NCBI GenBank assembly: GCA_017404545.1
Contig: JAFRCC010000001.1
Location: 2,335-66,334, forward strand
Reading direction: 5' to 3'
DNA from: Clostridia bacterium
GTDB taxonomy: Bacteria > Bacillota > Clostridia > TANB77 > CAG-508
DNA length: 64,000 nt
This document shows positions 17,190-25,406 of the stretch, piece after piece; the first letter of the stretch is position 1, and every line of letters begins with the position of its first letter. A program made the translations under genes and the position numbers. The notes under the pieces are model-generated. The model ran no database searches. It was not told the DNA's origin and saw only the letters and a program-made list of their open reading frames with translations.

Positions 17190-17753
17190 ATGGTAAAGTA
17201 TGAGGAGTTATATGTGGAAGTTAAAAAAATGTTATCAGAAAAAAGATTTAAACATTCAGAAGGTGTTGTAAAAAGAGCTATAGAATATGCAGAAATTTAT
17301 AATGTGGATATTGAAACAGTAAAACTTGCCGCAATTGCACATGATATAGCAAAAGAGCTATCTTCAGAAGCGGAACAGGATTATATAAGAAAATATGGAA
17401 TAGTCTTGGATGAGGTTGAAAAGGTAAATCATAACTTGCTTCATGCAATTATCGGAGCAGAGATATGCAAGGATAGATTTGGATTTTCTGAGGATATGGC
17501 AAATAGCGTTAGATTTCACACAACAGGTAGAGCTAACATGAGTATGCTAGAAAAAGTTATATATCTTGCTGATGCAACCGAAGAAGGAAGAAATTATGAA
17601 AAAGAATGTTATGTGGATACAATAAAGCAAGATATAGATAAAGGTATGGTTGAAGTATGCAAATGGGTAATTATGAAATTAGTAAATGATAATAAAATTG
17701 TTCATATTGATTCAGTTAAGTGCTTTAATTACTATGTAAATAAAAATAGATAA
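17190..17753 (+). CDS. yqeK: HD-domain bis(5'-nucleosyl)-tetraphosphatase YqeK
   Basis: 187-aa ORF with RFKHSEGV, IAHDIAK and YLADATE motifs of YqeK-type HD hydrolases. Confidence 0.85.
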   Translation: MVKYEELYVEVKKMLSEKRFKHSEGVVKRAIEYAEIYNVDIETVKLAAIAHDIAKELSSEAEQDYIRKYGIVLDEVEKVNHNLLHAIIGAEICKDRFGFSEDMANSVRFHTTGRANMSMLEKVIYLADATEEGRNYEKECYVDTIKQDIDKGMVEVCKWVIMKLVNDNKIVHIDSVKCFNYYVNKNR

Positions 17754-17766
17754 AAGAGGTTAAATT

Positions 17767-18153
17767 ATGGAAGATGATTTTGAAGTAGCAGAGAAAGCAA
17801 GAGAATATTCTTGTTCACCATATTCTCATTTTGCTGTAGGGGCAGCTCTTAGAGCAAAAAATGGTAAGGTGTATATGGGATGTAATATCGAAAATAATGG
17901 AATTCAAGCAATTTGCGCAGAGCGTACTGCTTTTGCAAAGGCACTATCAGAAGGAGAACGAGAATTTGAAAGTATAACTATTCTTGGAGCACCTGCCGGT
18001 GAAAAGGCTATAAATGAGTGTGTTCCATGTGGATATTGCAGGCAATTTATGAATGAATATGTTGATGATAAATTTAAAATATATACAAGACAAGGTGAAG
18101 AAATAAAAGCATATGCTATGAAGGATTTATTACCACATAGTTTTAAATTTTAG
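17767..18153 (+). CDS. cdd: cytidine deaminase
   Basis: 128-aa ORF with the CAERTA and PCGYCRQF zinc-binding motifs. Confidence 0.93.
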   Translation: MEDDFEVAEKAREYSCSPYSHFAVGAALRAKNGKVYMGCNIENNGIQAICAERTAFAKALSEGEREFESITILGAPAGEKAINECVPCGYCRQFMNEYVDDKFKIYTRQGEEIKAYAMKDLLPHSFKF

Positions 18154-18176
18154 TAAAAAGAATGTTATAGTTTAAT

Positions 18177-18374
18177 ACTTCTTTTGTTTGGAACTGGCAC
18201 AAGAAGGCTAATAGCCGTGTGTTTTAAAAGTCCCGCGTAGCGACCAACTGTAGTGTATACGTAGGGCGATTGGAGTAATCGAAGATTACGACAACAAGGG
18301 CGCTAAAACACACGGCTATTAGCCTTCTTGCGACGTTTTTACTACCGCAAGTGTTAAACAGGAACAAAAGAAGT
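18177..18374. repeat. nested perfect inverted repeats (12-bp outer, 27-bp inner) enclosing a 77-nt GC-rich core
   Basis: Outer pair: 18177-18188 with 18363-18374. Inner pair: 18200-18226 with 18304-18330, exact complements. There is an extra hairpin at 18275-18289. Confidence 0.85.
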
Positions 18375-20264
18375 TCGTTTGCGTTTATTTCGCCAATTAT
18401 TGCTGCATATGTAGCTGGTGCATCATCAGGGAATCCATCAGATGGGTTAGCAGGAGCAATGACAGGAATAATGGTTGTTGGTGTTGTTTACATTATTGTT
18501 TCACTTTTAGTTAGAGCAATCGGAAAGAATTGGATTGATAAATTATTGCCACCAGTAGTAATTGGACCAATGATTATGATTATTGGTCTTGGCCTAGCAA
18601 GTTCAGCTGTGAATAGTATAGGTATTGGTGCAGGTGTAGAAAATATAGAATGGAAGGGCGTTTTGGTTGCTGCAATAACATTTTTAACAACAGCAATTAT
18701 AATGGTTAGAGGAAAAGGATTTATAAAAATAATACCATTTTTGGTTGGTATTGTTGTTGGATATATTGTTTCAGTTTGTTTAGGGTTAGTTGATTTTACT
18801 ATGGTAAATGAAGCGGCTTGGTTCCAAGTGCCAAACTTTAATATACCATACGTAACGTATAATCCTAACTTTATGATTGCACTTACTATGGCGCCAATAG
18901 CCTTGGTCACAATGGCTGAGCACATTGGGGACCATACAGCTTTAGGAACGATTATAGGAAAAGATTTATTGAAGAAACCAGGACTAGAAAATACACTTCT
19001 AGGAGATGGTTTAGCAACTTTTGTAGCAGGCGTTTTAGGCGGGCCGGCTAATACAACATACGGAGAAAATACGTCCGTAGTTGGAATGACAAAGGTGGCA
19101 TCTGTGTGGGTTATAGGTTTAGCTGCAATATTTGCTATAGTATTCGGATTTTTAGGCAAATTTACAGCACTTATTCAAACAATTCCGAGCCATGTGCTAG
19201 GCGGAATTTCGCTTTTATTATATGGATTTATAGCGGTAAATGGTTTGAAAGTTTTAATCCAAAATCAAATCGATTTTGGGAAGAATAAAAATATTATTGT
19301 AGCATCTTGTATGCTTGTTTTAGGACTAGGAGGTGCTGTAATTAATTTTAAGACAAGTGGTGACATGACTATCCCGCTTTCAGGAATGAGTTTGGCTGCA
19401 ATTGCTGGAATATTATTAAATTTAATACTACCAAATGAAAAAGATGAAGAGGATAAACCTTCAGAAAAAAATAAAACTATAGTAAAAGCAAAAGTTGTTG
19501 GCGAGAATTCAATAAGAATAAAAATTGAAGAAACTAATAATGAAAAAAATCAAGAAAAAAGTAAAATAACCAAAAAAGATGTAGTAAATGAAAATGTAAA
19601 AAAAGAAGAGGAGTCTGATATTATGAGAGAATTTGAAAATGTTGTAGAATTAAATCATCCATTAATTGAACATAAACTTGGAATTTTAAGGAGTAAAAAT
19701 ACAGGAACAAAAGAGTTTAGAGAATTAGCAAATGAAATAGGAATGTTTTTATGTTATAGAGCAATGGAAGATGTTGAACTTGAAGATACTGAGGTTGAGA
19801 CACCATTGTGCAAGATGAAAACAGGAAGACTTGATGAAGATAAATTTGCATTTATTCCAATTTTAAGAGCTGGAATGGGAATTCTTGATGGAGTAATAAA
19901 TGTTATACCGAATGCAAAAGTCGGTCATATTGGAATGTACAGAGATGAAAATAATAATCATAAACCAGTAAATTATTTCTTTAAGGTTCCAAAAAATATT
20001 GAAAACAAAGAAGCGATAATACTTGATCCAATGCTTGCTACAGGTGGAAGTGCAATAGATGCAATAGAGCTATTAAAAGAAAAAGGAGTTAAGAAAATAA
20101 AATTCCTATGTCTAATTGCAGCACCAGAAGGTCTAAAAGCTGTAACAGAAAAACATCCAGATGTAAAGATTTATTGTGCGCATATAGACGAAAAGCTAAA
20201 TGAAGATGCATACATAGTACCTGGTTTAGGAGACGCAGGTGATAGAATATATGGAACAAAATGA
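18351..20264 (+). CDS. single ORF: uracil permease lacking about 70 N-terminal residues, Lys/Glu-rich linker, and a complete uracil phosphoribosyltransferase
   Basis: 637-codon ORF. It aligns with UraA/PyrP only from SSFAFISPII onward (TTYGENT motif present). The Upp module runs from MREFENVVELNHPLIEHKL to the end with no stop codon between the two parts. Confidence 0.75.
   Translation: MLNRNKRSSFAFISPIIAAYVAGASSGNPSDGLAGAMTGIMVVGVVYIIVSLLVRAIGKNWIDKLLPPVVIGPMIMIIGLGLASSAVNSIGIGAGVENIEWKGVLVAAITFLTTAIIMVRGKGFIKIIPFLVGIVVGYIVSVCLGLVDFTMVNEAAWFQVPNFNIPYVTYNPNFMIALTMAPIALVTMAEHIGDHTALGTIIGKDLLKKPGLENTLLGDGLATFVAGVLGGPANTTYGENTSVVGMTKVASVWVIGLAAIFAIVFGFLGKFTALIQTIPSHVLGGISLLLYGFIAVNGLKVLIQNQIDFGKNKNIIVASCMLVLGLGGAVINFKTSGDMTIPLSGMSLAAIAGILLNLILPNEKDEEDKPSEKNKTIVKAKVVGENSIRIKIEETNNEKNQEKSKITKKDVVNENVKKEEESDIMREFENVVELNHPLIEHKLGILRSKNTGTKEFRELANEIGMFLCYRAMEDVELEDTEVETPLCKMKTGRLDEDKFAFIPILRAGMGILDGVINVIPNAKVGHIGMYRDENNNHKPVNYFFKVPKNIENKEAIILDPMLATGGSAIDAIELLKEKGVKKIKFLCLIAAPEGLKAVTEKHPDVKIYCAHIDEKLNEDAYIVPGLGDAGDRIYGTK
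19623..20264 (+). CDS. upp: uracil phosphoribosyltransferase (possible independent initiation inside the long ORF)
   Basis: ATG 19623 is preceded by GAGGAG 9 nt upstream. The 213-aa product has the PRPP loop ILDPMLATGGS and a C-terminal YIVPGLGDAGDR. Confidence 0.6.
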   Translation: MREFENVVELNHPLIEHKLGILRSKNTGTKEFRELANEIGMFLCYRAMEDVELEDTEVETPLCKMKTGRLDEDKFAFIPILRAGMGILDGVINVIPNAKVGHIGMYRDENNNHKPVNYFFKVPKNIENKEAIILDPMLATGGSAIDAIELLKEKGVKKIKFLCLIAAPEGLKAVTEKHPDVKIYCAHIDEKLNEDAYIVPGLGDAGDRIYGTK

Positions 20265-20280
20265 TTCTATTTGTTTTAAC

Positions 20281-20309
20281 TTGACATAATACAAAATAAA
20301 TGATACAAT
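20281..20309 (+). promoter_or_regulatory. sigma-A type promoter of the second GC-rich cassette
   Basis: TTGACA (20281-20286), 17-nt spacer, TACAAT (20304-20309). Confidence 0.55.
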
Positions 20310-20398
20310 ATGCGTCGTAAAGCACATCGTTGAGTATGTGTCCGCCAAAAATTCGGAGGACATGTGCCTCCGGAAACACTAAAAACGGAGGTATGAAT

Positions 20399-20683
20399 AT
20401 GAAACCGAAATTTGAGATGAGAATCGAAAAGGTTGTACAGGTGACAATGCATAAACCGAAGGTCATCAAGGCAATCAACGGCATCAAGTTTCCTGAAGCG
20501 TGGGAGAGTAGTTATGATGCAGGAACCAATGAGGCAGTTTGCCACAAGTGGGCAGCTACATGCGGAGCAAGCATCGACCAGATTCACGTTGAAAACGACA
20601 AAATCAAGTTCTATTTCAGATTTCCCAGTGTGGAAGCAGCAAGAGATTTTATCAAGGATTTCGAAGTTAATTGCTGCAAGTAA
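20399..20683 (+). CDS. hypothetical small protein (94 aa), compositionally foreign
   Basis: ORF 20330-20683. CGGAGG at 20386-20391 lies 7 nt before ATG 20399. A strong terminator follows. I recognised no family. The protein ends in ..NCCK. Confidence 0.6.
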   Translation: MKPKFEMRIEKVVQVTMHKPKVIKAINGIKFPEAWESSYDAGTNEAVCHKWAATCGASIDQIHVENDKIKFYFRFPSVEAARDFIKDFEVNCCK

Positions 20684-20696
20684 ACAGTTCAAAAAG

Positions 20697-20731
20697 GCAG
20701 AGCTCCCAGAGATGGGAGCTCTGCTGATTTT
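20697..20731 (+). terminator. intrinsic terminator
   Basis: 12-bp perfect GC-rich stem GCAGAGCTCCCA / TGGGAGCTCTGC with a GAGA loop, then TGATTTTA. Confidence 0.8.
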
Positions 20732-20846
20732 ATGGAAAAAGCTGTTATTGCATTTTAGCTATTTTATCTTTTTATACACAATTTCACAATTGATTTTTGA
20801 CAGCATATAAGATATAATGTGAAAAAATATACAGGAGGATTATCTT

Positions 20847-21770
20847 GTGCAGAAAGATGAAATCTATAATTATTTTACAGATCAATTAAATATTAGAAAT
20901 ATTAAAGTTGATGAGCCAATGAACAAACACACTTCATTTAAAATTGGTGGAAATGCTGATTTTTTTATTAGAATAAGTGATGTTGAGCAACTTAAAGGTG
21001 TATTAAATTATTCCAAATTAAACAACATAGATGTTACAATAATTGGAAATGGAAGTAATATTTTAGTTAAGGACAACGGAATAAGAGGAATTGTAATAAA
21101 GTTAGATTTTAATAAAGTAAAAATTGATAAAATAGATAATAAGCATGTAAAAGTTACGGCAGAAGCAGGCGCTACGTTAGGCTTGATAGCTCAAAAGTTA
21201 TTAAAGGAAAATATAAGTGGGTTTGAATTTGCATCCGGAATACCAGGTACTATTGGTGGTGCAATAAGAATGAATGCAGGTGCATATGGTGAAGAATTTA
21301 AAAATATAGTAACAAAAACAAAATGTTTGGATGAATATGGAAATATTCATATATTAAAAAATGAAGAACAAAGATTTTCATATAGACATAGCATATTTGT
21401 AGAAGAAAAGCTCATTATTCTAGAAACAGAGCTTTTGTTAAATTTACATGATGGCCCGGAGGAAATAAACAAAAAGATGACTGAGTATTTTCAATCAAGA
21501 AAAGCTAAGCAACCACTAAATTACCCAAGTGCGGGAAGTACATTTAAACGTGGAGATGATTTTATAACAGCTAAATTAATAGATGAATGTGGCTTAAAAG
21601 GTTTTTCTATTGGAGGAGCTCAAATATCTGAGGTACATGCAGGATTTATCATAAATAAAGGTGGTGCAACTGCAAAAGATGTGCTTAAACTTGTGGAATA
21701 TGTAAAAAGCAAAGTATATGATAAATTTGGTAAAAAAATTGAACTAGAGATAGAGGTCCTAGGGGAGTAA
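20847..21770 (+). CDS. murB: UDP-N-acetylenolpyruvoylglucosamine reductase
   Basis: 307-aa ORF with a GTG start 7 nt after AGGAGG. It has an FAD-binding domain (TSFKIGGNADFF, GNGSNIL) and C-terminal SAGSTFK. Confidence 0.95.
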   Translation: MQKDEIYNYFTDQLNIRNIKVDEPMNKHTSFKIGGNADFFIRISDVEQLKGVLNYSKLNNIDVTIIGNGSNILVKDNGIRGIVIKLDFNKVKIDKIDNKHVKVTAEAGATLGLIAQKLLKENISGFEFASGIPGTIGGAIRMNAGAYGEEFKNIVTKTKCLDEYGNIHILKNEEQRFSYRHSIFVEEKLIILETELLLNLHDGPEEINKKMTEYFQSRKAKQPLNYPSAGSTFKRGDDFITAKLIDECGLKGFSIGGAQISEVHAGFIINKGGATAKDVLKLVEYVKSKVYDKFGKKIELEIEVLGE

Positions 21771-21788
21771 AGAAAGAGGTTTGACAGA

Positions 21789-23363
21789 ATGAAAGGATTT
21801 TTTTCATGGTTTAAATCAGGAAATAAAGTAAAAAGATGGTTGCTATTGATAATACTTGCAATGATATCAATTTGTTATGCATTTTCAATAATACTTGTAA
21901 CCGACACTTTAGATATAAAGACAATAATAAAGATTGTAACATTGTTTGTTATGGGGTTTCTTGGAATTGTTATAGGTTTAATTTCAATTCAAAAACGAAA
22001 CCTTGAAATATTAGTAAAAAAAACAGATAAAAGAGCAAATGTAAAGTCGTTAATATATAACAAAAAAGTTTATGACCAAGGTCCTAAAGTGGTTGTAATA
22101 GGTGGAGGAAATGGTCTTAACACAGTTCTAAGAGGGTTAAAAGAATATACGCAAAATATTACAGCAATAGTAACTGTAAGTGACTTTGAAGATAAAAATT
22201 CAGATTCAAGAATGCTACTAGATACATTACCACTTGATGATGTAAAAGAAAGCATTGTAGCATTATCTGAAAATGAAGAAGAAATGGAAAATATAATAAA
22301 TTTTAAGTTTCAGTATGGAAGTCTAAAATCGTTATCTTTTGGAGATATATACCTTCTCGCAATGCAAAATATATATTCTGATTTTTCAAAATCAGTAGAA
22401 AAAACAAGAGATATTTTAAATATAACAGGAAGAGTGTTACCGGTTACTCAAGAAAAAATTGAAATATGTGCAGAGCTGTCAAATGGAAATATTGTAAAAG
22501 GCAGAGACGAAATTCCAGAGGCTATAAATGAAGAAATTGTATCTATTGAAAGAGTGTACATAAGTCCAACAAATACGAAGGCTGCGCCGGGTGTTATTGA
22601 AGCAATTAAGGAGGCAGATGCAATAGTTATTGGTCCGGGAAGTTTGTATACAAATGTTATTCCGAATCTTCTTGTAAAAGGTGTGTCTAAAGCAATTAAA
22701 GAGTCTAAAGGATTTAAAATATATATTAGCAATATTATGACAGAGCCCGGACAAACATATAATTATTCTTTATCAGATCACATTAAGGCGATAAAACGTC
22801 ATATTGGAGAGGGATTTATAGATTATTGTATATACGATACTGGAGAAGTTACACCGGAATATATTAGAAAATACAACTTAAAAGGTTCAGAGCTTGTGGA
22901 TCAAGATATACAAAAAGCAAAGGCAGAAGGTGTAAACCTTATAAAACGAGATTTAGCTATAGTTGAGGATGAACATATAAAGCATAATCCCGATGCAATA
23001 GGAAGGGCAATTATAGAGCTTATATGTGAAGAGTTAAAGTTTAAAGATAAACAAAATGATCCACAATATTTGATGTTAAAGCAAAAAATTAAATATAAGA
23101 AAATAACATCGCCAACCAAAGAAAAATGGAAAAAGCCTAAGTTAGATAAATCAGGAAAAAGTAAATTTTATTCAAAGTATCAAGATAGAATTATGTCGTT
23201 AAGGGAAAGCAACGAGAAAATTAAAGCTGATATGAAAAAAAACGCTGTAAATAACCAGATATTGGAGAAAGTAAGTGGAATGAGAAAATTTAATAGTGAG
23301 ATGAAAAGACGTAAAGAAACTGAAGCAACTGAAAAGAAAAAGTTTTTAGATAGTTTAAAATAA
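21789..23363 (+). CDS. yvcK: YvcK/CofD-family (gluconeogenesis factor-like) protein with N-terminal TM helices and a Lys-rich C-terminal extension
   Basis: 524-aa ORF. The core contains VVVIGGGNGL, VTVSD and IGPGSLYTNVIPNLL. Two hydrophobic helices precede it and about 110 charged residues follow. Confidence 0.85.
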   Translation: MKGFFSWFKSGNKVKRWLLLIILAMISICYAFSIILVTDTLDIKTIIKIVTLFVMGFLGIVIGLISIQKRNLEILVKKTDKRANVKSLIYNKKVYDQGPKVVVIGGGNGLNTVLRGLKEYTQNITAIVTVSDFEDKNSDSRMLLDTLPLDDVKESIVALSENEEEMENIINFKFQYGSLKSLSFGDIYLLAMQNIYSDFSKSVEKTRDILNITGRVLPVTQEKIEICAELSNGNIVKGRDEIPEAINEEIVSIERVYISPTNTKAAPGVIEAIKEADAIVIGPGSLYTNVIPNLLVKGVSKAIKESKGFKIYISNIMTEPGQTYNYSLSDHIKAIKRHIGEGFIDYCIYDTGEVTPEYIRKYNLKGSELVDQDIQKAKAEGVNLIKRDLAIVEDEHIKHNPDAIGRAIIELICEELKFKDKQNDPQYLMLKQKIKYKKITSPTKEKWKKPKLDKSGKSKFYSKYQDRIMSLRESNEKIKADMKKNAVNNQILEKVSGMRKFNSEMKRRKETEATEKKKFLDSLK

Positions 23364-23391
23364 ACATATGAAAAGATAGGAGAGACAGAAG

Positions 23392-25383
23392 ATGAAATTA
23401 TTAGTTAAAAGAATGGGTTTTGAAAAGGCAATTGATAAGGAATGGATAATAACGAATGGATTGGGGGGTTTTGCTAGTTCTACTATTATTGGAGCAAACA
23501 CGCGTAAGTATCATGGACTACTTATAGCACCTCTTGATCCTCCAGGAAAGAGACAACTATTGGTGTCAAAAGTTGATGAAAGTATAGTTATTGATGGTGC
23601 CGAGCATATTCTTTATACTAACATGTGTAGAAAAAATATTACAGATGGTTATAAAAACCAAGTATCTTTTGAAAAAGAAGAAGTTCCTACATATACTTAT
23701 AATGTAGATGGAATTGAAATTGAAAAGTCTATTTGTATGGAGTATAGAAAGAATATTACAATCATTTTATATAAGATAAAAAATACAGATAAAAATATAC
23801 AACTAAAATTAACACCATTATTAAATAATAGAGGTTTTCACGAAACGAGTTATGGCAGAAATTTTAAAATTAAGCAAACTATAAATAAAAGGCTTGTTGA
23901 TGTAGTACTCGATAATAGTGAACATCATATCTATATGAATTGCTCGGATGGTAATTATATTGAGCGAAAAAACGATTCTTTTAAAAATATGTACTATATG
24001 GAAGAAGAAAAAAGAGGATTGTCAAGCGAAGAAAATCATGCTATTGCTGGCTATTATGAAGTGGAAGTTGCTCCAGGAGAGGAAAAATATATTACGTTTG
24101 CATGTTCTTTAGACGAAGTAAAAATTGATAGAAAAGATGGTCAAAAGATAATTGCAAATGAGAAGAAAAGAATTAAACTTCTAATGGATAAAGCAAGTTT
24201 AGATGGTGATGAGGATTTAATAAAAAAATATATAATAGCATCAGATAACTTTATTGTATCTAGAAAAAATCTCTTAACAATCATAGCAGGATACCCATGG
24301 TTCTTAGATTGGGGAAGAGACACTTTTATAGCTTTTGAAGGGTTAATGCTTAAGAATAAAAGATTTGATGTAGCAAGAAAGGTATTACTTACATTCACAA
24401 AAGATATAAAAGAAGGACTAGTACCTAATGGCTATACGGAAGATAAGAATAAACCAATATACAATAGCGTAGATAGTAGTTTGTTGTTATTTGAGCAGGT
24501 AAAGAAATATGTAGATTACACTTCAGACTACGACTTTATAAAGGATAAAATTTATAATTCTATGAAAAACATTATTCAAAATTATGTTAAAGGAACAAAT
24601 TTAGATAATAATAATGTATTTTTAGATGATGATTTTTTAATTTCTACAGGAACACTAGAAACACAAAGTACATGGATGGATGCTAAAGTTAATGGTTATG
24701 TGGTTACACCTAGAAACGGAAAACAAGTTGAAATTAATAGTCTTTGGTATAATGCGTTGATGATTATGTGTGAACTTGGGAAGAAATTTGATGAAGATAA
24801 AGAGGTTTTAAGTGGATACAAGGAAATTGCCAAACTTGCAAAAGTGTCTTTTAATGAGAAATTTTATAATAATTCAACAAAGTGTTTATACGATGTTTTA
24901 GGCGACTCGAAGATAAGACCTAATCAGCTATATGCATTATCACTAAGTTACCCAATAATGGATACAAATTCAAAAGAAGCAAGAAGCGTTTTTGATGTTG
25001 TTACCAAAAAATTACTTAATAATTATGGCTTAAAAACTCTAGCAAAAGGTGAAACACATTATACAGAAATATATGAAGGAGATCAATACAGAAGAGATAT
25101 AAGCTACCACCAAGGAATAACCTGGCCATGGTTACTCGGTTTATATAATGATGCTTTTGTAAATATAATTAAACACGAAAAAGACAAGGATGAGAAGAAA
25201 AAACTAAAAGAAGCGTATAATCAATTTGTTGATAATACAAGAAAAACTTTTGTTAAGGAAATTAATGAAGGTAAAACAATAGGAAGTATAACGGAATTGT
25301 ATGATTCCAAAAGACCATTCGCTTCTAAAGGTGCTATAGCACAAAGTTGGAGTGTTTCTGAGGTGTTTAGAATTATATTATAG
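23392..25383 (+). CDS. amylo-alpha-1,6-glucosidase / glycogen debranching enzyme family protein
   Basis: 663-aa ORF with NTRKYHGLL near the N-terminus and the GYPWFLDWGRDTFIA motif of the GDE_C domain. Confidence 0.85.
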   Translation: MKLLVKRMGFEKAIDKEWIITNGLGGFASSTIIGANTRKYHGLLIAPLDPPGKRQLLVSKVDESIVIDGAEHILYTNMCRKNITDGYKNQVSFEKEEVPTYTYNVDGIEIEKSICMEYRKNITIILYKIKNTDKNIQLKLTPLLNNRGFHETSYGRNFKIKQTINKRLVDVVLDNSEHHIYMNCSDGNYIERKNDSFKNMYYMEEEKRGLSSEENHAIAGYYEVEVAPGEEKYITFACSLDEVKIDRKDGQKIIANEKKRIKLLMDKASLDGDEDLIKKYIIASDNFIVSRKNLLTIIAGYPWFLDWGRDTFIAFEGLMLKNKRFDVARKVLLTFTKDIKEGLVPNGYTEDKNKPIYNSVDSSLLLFEQVKKYVDYTSDYDFIKDKIYNSMKNIIQNYVKGTNLDNNNVFLDDDFLISTGTLETQSTWMDAKVNGYVVTPRNGKQVEINSLWYNALMIMCELGKKFDEDKEVLSGYKEIAKLAKVSFNEKFYNNSTKCLYDVLGDSKIRPNQLYALSLSYPIMDTNSKEARSVFDVVTKKLLNNYGLKTLAKGETHYTEIYEGDQYRRDISYHQGITWPWLLGLYNDAFVNIIKHEKDKDEKKKLKEAYNQFVDNTRKTFVKEINEGKTIGSITELYDSKRPFASKGAIAQSWSVSEVFRIIL

Positions 25384-25406
25384 TTTGAAGGAGGGAGGAG
25401 ACTTAA

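Noticed and set aside
18177-18374. Retron msr-msd interpretation of the nested inverted repeats.
   Set aside because: No reverse transcriptase or accessory effector gene lies nearby, and the order of elements does not match. A retron has short msr hairpins 5' of a long msd stem; here a long stem sits directly inside the outer repeats. I keep it only as a remote alternative in the finding.
20276-20692. 138-aa minus-strand ORF, plus the + strand alternative-frame ORF 20514-20810, in the GC-rich cassette.
   Set aside because: Only the 20399-20683 frame has a Shine-Dalgarno at correct spacing, an upstream promoter and a terminator directly after its stop. The others lack start signals.
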